Below, piece by piece: positions 43,125-55,069 of a DNA stretch of 64,000 bases. The stretch lies in assembly GCF_009914755.1 (NCBI RefSeq), contig NC_060932.1; one strand, 5' to 3'. How positions within the stretch are numbered: position 1 is the first letter of the stretch; every line of letters starts with the position of its first letter. This DNA is from the human T2T-CHM13v2.0 reference genome, Homo sapiens. The translations under genes and the position numbers were made by a program. The notes under the pieces were generated by a model. The model had not been told where the DNA came from, ran no database searches, and saw only the letters and a list, made by a program, of their open reading frames with translations.

Positions 43125-43301
43125 ATTTCCTCATCTCACCTTCATAACAGCTATATGAGGTAGCCATTATCATCCTCATTTTATAGATGAAGAAACTGAG
43201 AGAGAGTTTAAGGGCTTTGCCTTTGGTCACATAGCTAATAAATAGCAGAACCACGTTTTGAAACTGGGTCCTCTCCCTCTAAAACCAATGCTCTTCACCA
43301 C
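43125..43301 (-). mobile_element. MIR
   Basis: ATTATCATCCTCATTTTATAGATGAAGAAACTGAG...GGTCACATAGCTAATAAATAGCAGAAC. Confidence 0.85.
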
Positions 43302-44204
43302 AGAAATACTGGCCTTTCAGACCAGAAAGGTGATATTATTTTCATTAGTTTCTTCTTTTGTTCATCCAATGAGCAATCTTTTCTTGTTGCCTAATATGTG
43401 CCAGTCAATATAACAATTTGGAAATACAATAATTATAAAACTCACAAGGTTTCAGGGCATAAGGAACTCCTCCAGAACTTCAGAAACTAAACAAAAGATC
43501 TTCAGAAAAGAAATGCTTGCTGCACTAGGCACCCTGGAAGACAGAGTACTTGAACCCTGCAGGAGACTCCAGTGTCCTGCTCACTTAATCATTATGTCCC
43601 AGATTAGACTAAAGATCATATGCTAGAAAAATGAGTTTGTATGTAGGTTCACTTTCCCCCAAACTTAAAGCTTATATACTGCTAAAAGCTGATGTCTGTA
43701 CCAAAGTCAGAACAAGGGCTATTTGGGGAATTCAGGGTTATGCAGGTGGAGACTCTCACCATTGCTTCCCAGCCCTGTCACCTGGCATCTGAGTCCCATA
43801 AGCAACAAGTCCAGGAAAGATAAATTGAAGAGGGATGTTTCTGTTCTCCACATCCAGGTGTGGAACAGCTGGTAAATGCCAGGGGACCCCAAAGCTGTAA
43901 GCAATAAATTCTGCTGAAACTCTGGCCACTTCACATCACTCCGGATTTCTCACATTAATAATCACAGCCCTGAGCAAAATGGAAGCTCAGGTGTGTTCTG
44001 TCACTTTGCTTTCCAACATATCCACATAGTCACCTGGTTTGGATTCACAGCGGGGTCTTGAAAAATGACAGGCAGAAAGCTGTGATTTATACAGGGAGTG
44101 GGTAATTAAGGCAAAGTGCCTGGAAGGATAGACTTAGTTGAAGTTCTTTCACAATCTTTGTTAGAAGCCACAAAGTCCAAAGAGTCAATGTGTGAATATC
44201 CTAA

Positions 44205-44263
44205 ATATGCATATATGTACACAGATGCACACACACACATGCACACGTGTGCACACACACACA
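44205..44263. repeat. Imperfect (CA)n / alternating purine-pyrimidine tract
   Basis: ATATGCATATATGTACACAGATGCACACACACACATGCACACGTGTGCACACACACAC. Confidence 0.85.
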
Positions 44264-44994
44264 GAGCTAAATGTTTGCTTGTCAATTGAGCTTTTTGGGT
44301 TACTGGCATTAACTCAGGATATTATAAGGTTATGAGCTATAACATCAGGTTACATTTTTCTTTTAAAAATTGCATAGGCAAAAATAAAGGGAAAGAAAAA
44401 TAGCAATTTATGGAACAAAATAATTTGGCAGTTTTACTGCACTGAAAATTAAGCTGGTTTAATGTGTAATTAATTTAAAATATATACATTGATTAACTTC
44501 AAGTGTCTCCTCTATGAAAAATTCTTTTGCCACATTTTGATCTTCTTAGTCATATGCATCTCTGCACACAAATATAGGGACATAGATGCAATCTATGGAG
44601 TGTAGATTTTTTTTTTTTATTTTGGGGGGTTACGGCTAAGAGTTTATGTACTCAAAAAAAATACTCTTCTGATTTTTCTACTGTGTTAATTTGTGATTAG
44701 CTGACCAGAGTATTGAAGTGATAATGGGACTAAGCAAATTTTTTCTTTTCTTTTCTTTCTTCATTTTATTTTTCTCATTTTGTATATTCAGGAGAAAAGA
44801 GAAACACATTGAAGCAACCATTTTTTAAAGTGAACTGTAAATATAAATGACACTGGATTACAATGAATTGCATGTGCTCTGAATGCATAGCTCATGAATA
44901 AAAGACAGATCAGAGGACATCAAGACCCAACCAATTTTCATGGCCATGAACTCTGATCACTATACTTAAAATTTTCAAACCTATACCTAGAGAT

Positions 44995-45240
44995 TAATAA
45001 TAATACTAACAATTACCACTTGTTGAGCAATTACTATTTTGTAAGCACTGTGCTAACATTTCATTTAGTGTTCATCACCACTGTAGCGTCAGTTTTTCCA
45101 AATGGAACTTGAGGCTCAGAACACTTAAGTAACCTGCCTAGAATTCAAATATTAGTATGTAATGAAACCAAGGTTTGAGCTCAGGTGATATGACTGACTT
45201 CAAACCTCATGCTTGTAGTTGCTATGCCACTCTGCCTCCA
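44995..45240 (-). mobile_element. MIR
   Basis: TTGTTGAGCAATTACT...GAGGCTCAGAACACTTAAGTAACCTGCC...AGGTTTGAGCTCAGG. Confidence 0.75.
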
Positions 45241-45374
45241 AAAAAGTCAAGGGAGAGTAAAGCCTCCAGATGATTAAGAACACATGTGAACATGTCAGCA
45301 TCTTTTCTCTGTCATGCTATCTTTGGCAGTTGAAATCTTGCTCCTCCTTGGAGCCCTGTCCTTCACAGCTTAAT

Positions 45375-45600
45375 TAAAGGTTTGGGAATCCTATGGATAT
45401 GAATTAAAATCCAGTTTGGTCTTCTACATTATGTGATCTGAAATAGATTGCTTACCCTCTCTGAATCTGTTTTCTTACCTAGAAAAAATGGGAATGATCA
45501 TTCCTACCTTACAGGAATGTCGTGAGTAATAAATACATTGGTTTATGCAGTGTTCTCTTCATGATAGGCACATAGTAAGTCGTTAATAAAGGCAGTTTCT
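45375..45600 (+). mobile_element. MIR
   Basis: TGCTTACCCTCTCTGAATCTGTTTTCTTACCTAGAAAAAATGGGAATGAT...GGCACATAGTAAGTCGTTAATAAA. Confidence 0.75.
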
Positions 45601-45731
45601 GTCTGCCAATTATGCCATAAAGACTACTCTTATTCAGAACTAAAACTATTTTCTTACCTCATTGTTTCACAGGTCATTGTTTTATACTCCCTTATAAGGA
45701 TACTGTGGTTACTTGGTGTTCCATTTCCCCA

Positions 45732-45886
45732 ACTAACTTGTAAAGTATCTGATGTCAAGACTGACCTTTTATAACCAATCATATTTGCATACACATTCCA
45801 GAATGTGTACTTTACTAACTTAGAAAGTACCCGGTGTCAAGATTGACCTCATATAACCAATCATATTTGCATACACATTCCAGAAT
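45732..45886 (+). repeat. 82-bp-period tandem duplication (~1.9 copies) in a probable L2 3' relic
   Basis: Cores 45753-45804 and 45835-45886 are 49/52 identical. Confidence 0.92.
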
Positions 45887-46909
45887 TCATTAAAATTCTG
45901 GCACAGAAGTTCAGTGAGGGCAGGAAGAGACAATGTGAACAATTCCTTGAGTATTTTAACACTTCAATTAGTCAAAATTAGCAGATCCCTATGAAAACTA
46001 GAAGCTGAATATGAATAATTAGAATTTGAAGAAATATACATAGGATTAGAAATGTTCCATAATCATCCTTGGCTCTAATTGGAAATATTGTAGGTGACTT
46101 TGCCATGAAAATAACACCATGTGAAACAATAGTGAACTATTGAAATGAATGAACTAATTAGGTTATTGGGTCATCACACTGATCTGTGCACATTGCAAAA
46201 CTATCCAACTGGCTGCATGACTGATATTAATATTAAACTACATTGTGATTTGAAATATTGCAAAGGCCACCAACTGACATCACCCCAAGTTATTGGTTTT
46301 AAGGTGGAATAAATGAAGATGTATAGATAAATTTTCATGGGCTCAAGAACATATAATTATTTTTCCTGATAAAATATTCTCAAAATCAATTTGCCAGTTG
46401 ATATCTTGCTCCTCCTTGGAGCCCTGCCCTTCATGGCTTTTTTGAGAATTTGGCAAATTGTACTCTTTTATCATGTAAGTAATCAAGGAATCAACACAGG
46501 GTAAAACATCAAAAGAAATCTGAGGACTCTACTTTTGAAGTAACAGTAAAATGAAAAAGGGAAAGTACTCCTGGTTCTTAAGAGTCAGAAATTTACAAGA
46601 AAGTATAAAACTATACTATTTTATTAGTGCAAAGACTATTTTATGGAACATGGTTGAACAAAAGGAATTCAGTCTCTTTTCAATTGTGCCTAAGAAAAAA
46701 ATAAACCAAATAATTGAATGGGAGATAAACAAAAAATTGAAAAGCTTGACCTGAAAAAGCTTATTGAAAAAAAATTACTATATCAAGGGCCATATTGCAG
46801 GAATAGCTGTAAGAATAGCATAATAACTTCTTTAATCATTGGAAATTAGAACCCTACAAAATATCCAGGTGACCTGACAAAGTAGAGTAAGTGATCTTTA
46901 ATAGAACCC

Positions 46910-47580
46910 TTCTTTCATTTATTCATGCATTTATTTATTTATTTATTTTCTATGTTCATTTATCAATTTATGCACACATTTGGGTTAGCATTTATTGAGC
47001 ACATGCACATCTTGTGCTAGATGCTGGAGATAAAATACTTCAAACCAGGTCACTGCCCTCAAGGTAGATTGCAATTTAGTGGGGGTTCCAGGCACATAAC
47101 CAACTAATTATAATACACAATTACTCTTGCTTTAATTTGGAGGTGAATAACTCTGCCTAAGGCCATCAGGAAAAGCTTCTCAAAGAATTGACATCTTATC
47201 TAAGCCCTGATAAGTAAGGAGATGGGAGAGAGGGTGTTTACCAGATGGAGTAGGTTAGAAGGAAGGCTATCTCAGGCAGAGTATAAAATAGCATGAAGCA
47301 TTTGGGAAACAACAGCTTGGCTCTATTATAGACATTAGAATAGGAATGACAGGAAAGAAAGTTAGATTAGCTTGGGAATGGTCTTTAAGGGTCTTGGTGT
47401 TAGTCTAAGAATGTGGTTGGGCTTTACTCTTTAAGCAAAATAGCTTAATATTTTAAAAAAAGAAAAAATGTTACTGGAAGATCTTTGTTTAAAAACAACT
47501 CTTGCTGAAGTGTGCAGATTGAATTGCACTTGGAAAAGACTGGAGAAAGAGAAAATTACTAAATCCAGTAATAAGATAAA
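46910..47580 (-). mobile_element. L2 fragment
   Basis: CATTTATTGAGCACATGC...TGTGCTAGATGCTGGAGATA...CTGCCCTCAAGG...ATCAGGAAAAGCTTC. Confidence 0.7.
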
Positions 47581-48659
47581 AGACATATTTATGAACCTAA
47601 TCTGTATGCAGTAGAATAATTATTTAATTAAGTTCTTTCTTGACTCCTTGACTGGTTTCAATGAACCAGGTATCATTTGAGAGCTTAAAATTATTTGATC
47701 AAAAGCTAAAATTAATTTATAAAATGTAATTAATTAAAGCTGATGAAAACAGCTAAAAGAAAAATACTTTAGACAAAAATATATTGGACTGAGTTTTGTT
47801 AAACTATGAGTCATCATTAGAGATATTCATGTGGTAAGTGATGAGATGGTAGATGATAACAAAATGCTTCATTTTAGTAGGAAAAAGATTTGCTCAAAGT
47901 AATGTATTATCATTGACTCTTAGCAGACTTTAATTATTTTTAAATTTTAAATTTTTTATTTGGAATTTTTATTTGGAATATTTATGTAAATCCAGACAGA
48001 AAAAATATCTACATAAAATAAAAATTATCGTATATAAAGAGAGTAAGTTCAAAGAAAGACACAGAACATTAAGGTTGCTGTCCTTTGGGGATACTTTAGT
48101 GGGAAAAATGTCTGTGAATTATGTTAACCTAAGAAAAATGCTCAATTTCTGAATATTAGTGATACGGTATCTGACTGAAGAGAGTCAATCAATTGGCTAA
48201 ACTAAATCAATCAGCTTCTTTAGATTAGGAATTTAAACTTGGTATACAGGGACACTAGTGGGTTGATCAGAAGTGCAGAAGCTGTAAAGGCAAGTAAAGG
48301 GATGGAGTTGTCCTTTGTATCCCAAGTACATGACAAAGAAGAGAAAGTCAGTTTAGAGATGAAGTGAAAGTAGATATTCAGAAAAAAAAAAAAAAAGAGG
48401 TAAGAAAGCTTGGGACACTGAAAGGGGAAAAATAAAAGAGCTGTATACTGCGTCAGATGTCTTCTGTGCCCTAGATTCTATGAGATTCCCACGTATCTTT
48501 CCAATATATTTTCAATTATTTTTCTACATTGTTTGAGTGAGTTTATTTTTGAAGTCAAATAACCCCTAACCATGACATACATGCTTCCTGTATCTACAAC
48601 AACAAAATTGTATCCATGGACAGCAAACTATTTTGAAGCTAAATACACCAACAAGTTAG

Positions 48660-48703
48660 TAGGTTGGTGCAAAGGCAATTGCAGCTTTTGCCAATCACTT
48701 TCA
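48660..48703. mobile_element. MADE1 (Hsmar1 MITE) half element
   Basis: TAGGTTGGTGCAAAGGCAATTGCAGCTTTTGCCAATCACTTT resembles one MADE1 arm. Confidence 0.65.
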
Positions 48704-49718
48704 AAGAATATCTAATTTTTTTAATGGATGCATTATGTTTTTATGGCATCTTATAGAGCTCCAGAGGCATTTTCTTCAAGCATCTTCTAGAAACTCAGCC
48801 TAGTGTCGAATCACATTCTGCCCTGAGTGGCAAGTCTGTTGAGCACCTGGATCTACTCAGGGCTTATTTTTCCAGAGCAGTAGTGCCTGCTCTCAGTAGA
48901 CCCCACTTTCCTTGTCTAAGGGTGCAGCCTATACAGATCTATGCCCACACTCTTAGAGGGTAACACCTTTAGAGGTGAGGAGGACAAAGATGAAAAGTAG
49001 ATATGCAAATGGATCCTTTTACTGATACCAACAGTGAGAAATAAAATTATCATGCACTCAGGTGCAGGAGTCATCATAAAGTATTTTTTCTGCTTTTGGG
49101 ATAGATTTCAGAGCACCTCTATCATTCTGCCCTAATTATGGGCAGTGTCTCAGAAAAGGTATCAGTGACTTCTCCATTTAACTCACCTGATCAAGAGTGA
49201 TACTTTAAAAATCCAAGATATTAGACTGTTTCTTTTTAATTGACAAGCAACATTTAATACAGTAAAAGTTTCACTCATTATTTTGTAACCAAGGAAGGAC
49301 TGATCCCATGGAAGCTTTTACTAAATCTGTGGGAAACCAGGTTGACAAGTTTCACCAGGTTTTCTACTCAATTGTGGACAGCCATGAGAGTTCTGGAATT
49401 AATTGGGTCCAAGTTTTGAAAATAACACCATGTAAATTCTTTAGCAGGGGAGGATCCCTGGAAAATCTTAACCTGGCTTGTCTGACGTTAAACCCTGGAT
49501 GATAATTAATACTTTTGCACATATTTATATTATTTTTGCCTTCCAAGCAACATATGAGTCTAAACAGAAGGATAGATATATTATAGCTACACAAGGGACA
49601 TTCAAGAATAATTAGTAGGGTAGTACCTCCTACAATAATATAAGAATGACTGCATGCGTTTTCATACTTCCTATGCTTAGAAAAAATTTCCTGACACAAA
49701 GTAGATTCGCTAGAACTA

Positions 49719-50193
49719 CAGTTGACTCTTAGGTTTGAACTATGCAGGTCCACTTAGGTACAGATTTTTTTCAATAAAAGTTGCAAAGTGTATGCCAGCC
49801 TCTTCTGCCTCCCCTTCTATTTCCTCTACCTTTTCCTCTTCTGTCATCCCTAAGACAGCAAGTCCAACACTTCTTTTTCTTCCTCCTCCTCAGCCTATTT
49901 AAAGTGAAGATGATAAAGTATTTTATGATTACCCACTTCCAATTTAATGAATACTACATATATTTTCCTTATGATTTCATTATTAACATTTTATTTTCTC
50001 TAGCTTACTTTATTGTAAGAATACAGTATATAATACATACACAATAATGTGTTAACTGACTATGTTATCAGTAAGGCTTCCAGTCAATGGTGACTATTAG
50101 TAGTTAAGTTTTTAGGGAGTCAAAAGTTATACAGAAATTTTTGACTACATAGGGGTCAGTGTTCTAATTCTTGAGTTGCTCAATGGTCAACCG
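49719..50193. mobile_element. Tigger2a-like DNA transposon
   Basis: TA|CAGTTGACTCTT...GGTTTGAACTATGCAGGTCCACTTA ... GGTCAACCG|TA; internal CTAGCTTACTTTATTGTAAGAATACAGTATATAATACATA. Confidence 0.88.
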
Positions 50194-53100
50194 TATTTGC
50201 TAAGTGAATGATTGAATGAATGAGTGAATAGGCAAATAAATGAACTAATGTGTAAGTTACATAAAAGCAGAAACAGTCATGTTCATTACTGTAGCCTCAA
50301 GTCTAGCACTTTTTAGTATCATTTTTCTAGCACTTAGTATGCCTAGTAGTAGGAGTGAATGAATGAAGGACTAATAAAAGCCTTAGGCTGTTAAAGGCAG
50401 GGCACTACATTTGTCACCTGTAGTTACAGACTCACTGTAGCTAATTAAATAAGTGGAAGGTTTAACAACTACCCACAAAAACTTAAAAATCTCCCTGTAA
50501 CCTACTCTATGATATAAAGCTGCAGCTAATAACTTCCCACCTAGCAGTGAGCCTGTAACAGAATAATTGCCCTCAACAATTCTAAACAGAGCAAAGCACC
50601 TCCTGCATGTACTTGTAGGGAGGAGATAGAGAATCCCGAAATAAACCAAATACGGGTGATAAAGAACTGGCTTCTTCAATCAGTTCTAACAGAGATTTGT
50701 ATTTATTGCTTGTTATAAAAACTTTATTACCCTTTTTACAACTCTAGCTGTCCAGTGTTTGATTTAACCCAAAAACATGCTAGTAATTTGCTATTTGGTA
50801 TGTACGTATTTTTCAAGATCTAGAAATAATGGACGTGACTGCTGTTCTGCTTTTCTTACATGAATCAGAATGAAAAGTGCACACCACACACAAGATACTG
50901 AGGAAAGGCCTCTGTCAGGTAAGAAAGTGTGCTGTTAGATTAATTTTAGACAACTTGCCCTGGGAAACTTACCTAAGTTAAATATAAAGTGTATTGCAAT
51001 TTTCTATATGCAAGATTACCATTAGCTACAGTAGTGATATGAAATATGCTACCTATTTAAGCAAAAATTGGCGGGATCCTATACATATTGATTTTGCTGC
51101 ATGATTGGAAACGTGCATTAGTGAGTCTCACAATAAAAAATTCCATCTATCCTTCCTTTTCTCTAGTCCATCACTTATATCATGTATTTCCCTGATGCCT
51201 GAATCCTTTGGAGATTTCACATTGGCGTTGATGTAAAAATGATATTAAGGCATATATTTTATTAGGTGCTACTGCATGTTTGTATCCCCAAATGAGGACT
51301 AGATTTAGTATCGCTGTAGAGAAACATTAATTATTTATAATTATAGAATTTGTTTCACTCTGAGGGAAGCAATTAGAACATTTACATGTAATAGAAAAAT
51401 AAGCAATATATAGTAAGCTCTATCGTGGGCTTCTTTCCCCAATTTTACCTCAAACTGAGAAGATACTAACAAAAACTTTCCTATTCTAAAAAATGTCTAT
51501 TTGCCCAATGTGATTAAATTAGCTGTGTACCCTGTGAATCTGCTGCTGCTAGAGAAGCCCTTTGGGGTCTGGGGAAGAGACTAATGGGAAACTATAAAGC
51601 TCTTGGAATAAACAGGAGTGTAAATCATTCATGGGTTCAGTCAGTTCTAACCCCAAGAATGTATGGGCTTGGGAAAGGATTATCCAAACAATATTTCTTT
51701 TCCAGGCTGCTCTTCAGAGAAAACAGCTGGCTTGGATTAAAAGAAGTGATTTCAAAATGAACTAAATAGAAATGTTCTGAGCACCTTTCCAGATTCCAGA
51801 AAGAGAGGAAAGGGGAATGCATTTCACCATATCCCTTTATGTCTTCCCCTTTTGCTTTCCTGAAGGAAAGGGGATAGGAAAAATATTACTTAGGTTGCTT
51901 TAGCTATTGAATTACAAGTTTTTAGCCCAATAATATATGACAGATTTACAACACCCCACTGAAAGATAAACCTACACTTCTCTTATCCAACTATTCGGAA
52001 ATCACAGTCTCCATAGAAAAGGAACACAAAACAAGTAATTTGATAAGATTGTGCCAAAACGCCAATTTAGTGCCTATGTAGTCTTCATTTATTTATTCCA
52101 TATTGAATCCATCTGGGAAAGTATTGCACTAAATAACAAGCTTTTTCTAAGCCCTGGGTTGGTGCTCCTTGTGGAATGAATAGCTAGGAGTGCCAACCAG
52201 CAAATGGAGTTAGTAGTTTAAACTATGGGTATATGAAGTTTGAAACCCAGGCAAGAGTAGAGGAGGTGAAAGGTGATAAAGCAAGAACACCTGCTTTAAC
52301 AGGCTGGAAAACTTTATAACAACCGACAAGGCTGAATTCCTCCATACCTTCAGATACCTTGAGGCAATACCACAGTTAGAGTTCATTGTGTCTAAAATGT
52401 AAGAATATTATTTTTAGGTGACTTTTCAAAAGCAGGGGTAATACCATCTCCTTGTATTCCTGAAACTGAGAAGAAATGGAATTTCAGAATCTGAACTCTG
52501 TATGTAGCTGTAGTGTCTTTGTCAGCTTCACTTTTCAGGCATTCAATGCTACGTTGTTAATAGCACTGTCTCTCTTCTGCTTTCAATTAACATGAGTTAC
52601 TGGACGGATGCTCCTGTAAAGAGACACCTGTTAAGTTCAGTGTAGCTGCAATTGTAGCTCTTTGTAAAGCTTAAATAGGTGTACTAAGGTTGTATGGTGA
52701 TAATCTGAGATGTTTTGAAAAAAAAAATTTAGCTTCCTACTATGTCTGAGACTACTTAATCAATTTAACAGAGACTCCAGTGAATAATTTTTAAAGGGTT
52801 CAGGCCATTTCCTATGTCTATGGCAGCCAAGGACACATCCCAGTTTCATTGCTCTGCACCTAACAAAAAGAGCTTTGGGATTTGAGATTTAAGCCCTGGA
52901 TTTACAATGCACTGATGTTTGTTATACCTATTAATGACAAAGCTGTGTGATTTAACATACAATGGTAAGACATTTAATTTTATGAACACAGTTGAAATTT
53001 TGCTTCCAAAAATAACAGGACAGGTGGGTTCTTGCCTGAGAGCTAAGGAAAGCTGAGAGCTGTGTCAAGATAATTGTCCTCCTCTGAATTAGCAGATATC

Positions 53101-54059
53101 TTTCAGCTGTTTTCAGTTCTCCTTATCTCTAACAACTTAGCAGCAGAAACTAAAACTATTTAATCCATCAAATTGCTCATCAAAAACAAACACCAGGAAA
53201 AATAAAAAAAAGACAGTGTGTATGCTGTATGTCTTTGCTTAAAAAAAAAAAATCCTAGTTAAAGCACATATCTACCTAGAAAACAGATTCCCCCTTTGAT
53301 AAACATACCTAAATTCCGTGGAAGCTAGACCCATACTCAGCAGTCAATAATTGTTAAATAATCATTTCTTAACCAGTGGTGCACATCAAAATTATTCATT
53401 GAACTTTTAAAACCACCTCTTCCCTACTATTCCCAGTCCTAAGGTTGTGGCCCCGGTTTCTAATTGTTGTTAACATATCCACAGGCGATTCTCATATGTC
53501 CTACTATTCATTTATTTATACTGAGGTTCCTTATACAGCAATTATGATTTTTTAGCTATTTGTACATCTTGTCATTACTCTTAAATTAGGTCTAATTCTG
53601 TTCAGTGTTAAGTGCCACCGAGACTAAACTCAGCCAAGGATAGGCCAGCCAAAATGTTTGAATTGAAATCTCAGGGTCAGGCAAATCCATCATGATAAAT
53701 GCCAACAAACAGTTCAAAAATATCAGAGCAGAGAACTTGGTAGAATCCATAAGCAGATTCTAAAAAGGAAGTCTCAGAGCAAAATCAGCACCAAGGACAG
53801 CACCACGTGCCCCAGAGATCCTTAACTTCCATAGGGCTTCACAGGTCATTCAAAGTTACTACCAGGCCTGACTCTTGTACACTTCTGCAGATCTTTGATG
53901 GTGCTGAAGCACAGTGTTTATCATGTGGAGCTTTTAAAACCAATTCACATGTCCTACTTCCGATCCTCTAATTCAGAAGCTCTGGGGCAGATACAAGGAC
54001 AAATATATATATTTAACAGATGTGCACCACTGATTAAGAAGAACTTGATTCTGTGATTC

Positions 54060-54220
54060 TAAAACTTGAACATGCATTATAATCCAGAACTTATTAAACT
54101 TGGATTGCTGTTGCTGGGCCCCACAGTTTCTGATTCAGAGGCTCTGGGATGAGACCTAAAAATACATGTCTAATAAATTCTATACTGCTTGTTTGAGGAA
54201 CACACTTTGAGAACCACTGA
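54060..54220. mobile_element. MER5A fragment (further MER5 relics near 53370-53500 and 53910-54030)
   Basis: TGCTGGGCCCCACAGTTTCTGATTCAG...CACACTTTGAGAACCACTG. Confidence 0.75.
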
Positions 54221-54607
54221 ATAAAATTATAATGGTAGGTCACAGCATGCCCAGCTCCACATGAAATAATCTGCCTCATTTACCATGGAGATCTCTGTGA
54301 GGGATCCAAAGGTAAAATCATATTATCTTAGTAACTTTGTTATGTCTCTGGAAAACCTCTGGTGTCCTCTGAGGCCTCAAACATATTATCATTTAATTAC
54401 TGAGCGTGATGATACTGCCAGCTTCAGAACAGCTACAAAATGGGACAGAACAACCCAACAATATTTTGGTAGGAGGAATCCTGACTATCAATGAGGTTTG
54501 TCATAAAAGATTTTCCTTTATTATCCTGATATTACTTGCTCTTTACTGCTTTTCTATTTCTTTCTTTTCATTCTCTTCCCTAAGCATTCCTTTTAGCACT
54601 ACCCCAT

Positions 54608-55069
54608 TGTTATGGGTTGAGTTTTGCCACCCCCCACTGACACTCAAAAATATGTTGGAGTCTTAACCCCTAATAAGAAAAATTTGACCATATTTGAAAA
54701 TAGAGTCTTTACAGAGGTAATCAAGTTAAAATAGGTCATTATGATGGACTCTGATCATTATAAAAGGGAAATTTGGACACAGAGATAGACCTATACAGAA
54801 GGAAGATGATGTGAAGATACACAAAGGTATCCATGTAACTGGAGGGATGTCTCTACAAGTCAAGGAATGCCAAAGATTGCTGGAAAATACCAGAAGCTGG
54901 AAGAAGCAAAGAAAGATTCTCCCCTAGGGATATTAGAAAGAGGATGTCCCTAATAACACCTTTATTTCAGACTTCTAATTTCCAGATCTATGAGACAATA
55001 AATCTCCCTTATTTTAAGCCATCTAGTTTTTTGCTACTTTGTTAATGGCAGCTGTAAGAAACAAATATA
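54608..55069 (+). mobile_element. MLT1C-like MaLR solo LTR
   Basis: TGTTATGGGTTGAG...AATAGAGTCTTTACAGAGGTAATCAAGTTAAAAT...AAGGAATGCCAAAGATTGCTGG...GAGACAATAAATC...AAACAAATATA; flanks CCCAT/CCTGT. Confidence 0.9.

Larger units (their letters stand above)
45322..46439 (+). repeat. 50-bp direct-repeat pair 1068 bp apart (45322-45371 and 46390-46439)
   Basis: TTTG(G/C)CAGTTGA(A/T)ATCTTGCTCCTCCTTGGAGCCCTG(T/C)CCTTCA(CA/TG)GCTT; 45/50 identical. Confidence 0.9.

Noticed and set aside
44240-44253. 14-bp perfect palindrome TGCACACGTGTGCA
   Set aside because: By-product of a degenerate CA/TG microsatellite
45732-45886. Repeat-spacer-repeat layout resembling a CRISPR array
   Set aside because: Only two units, the 'spacer' is itself part of the duplicated unit, the context is eukaryotic and there are no cas genes
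48660-48703. Possible miR-548-type hairpin from MADE1
   Set aside because: Only one arm is present, so the full hairpin cannot form
46106-49433. Exact 17-mer TGAAAATAACACCATGT at 46106-46122 and 49417-49433
   Set aside because: One AT-rich 17-mer pair is plausible by chance in 64 kb, and the flanks do not align
49364-49753. 129-aa minus-strand ORF
   Set aside because: Begins inside the Tigger2a end, has no recognisable domain, and its length is compatible with chance
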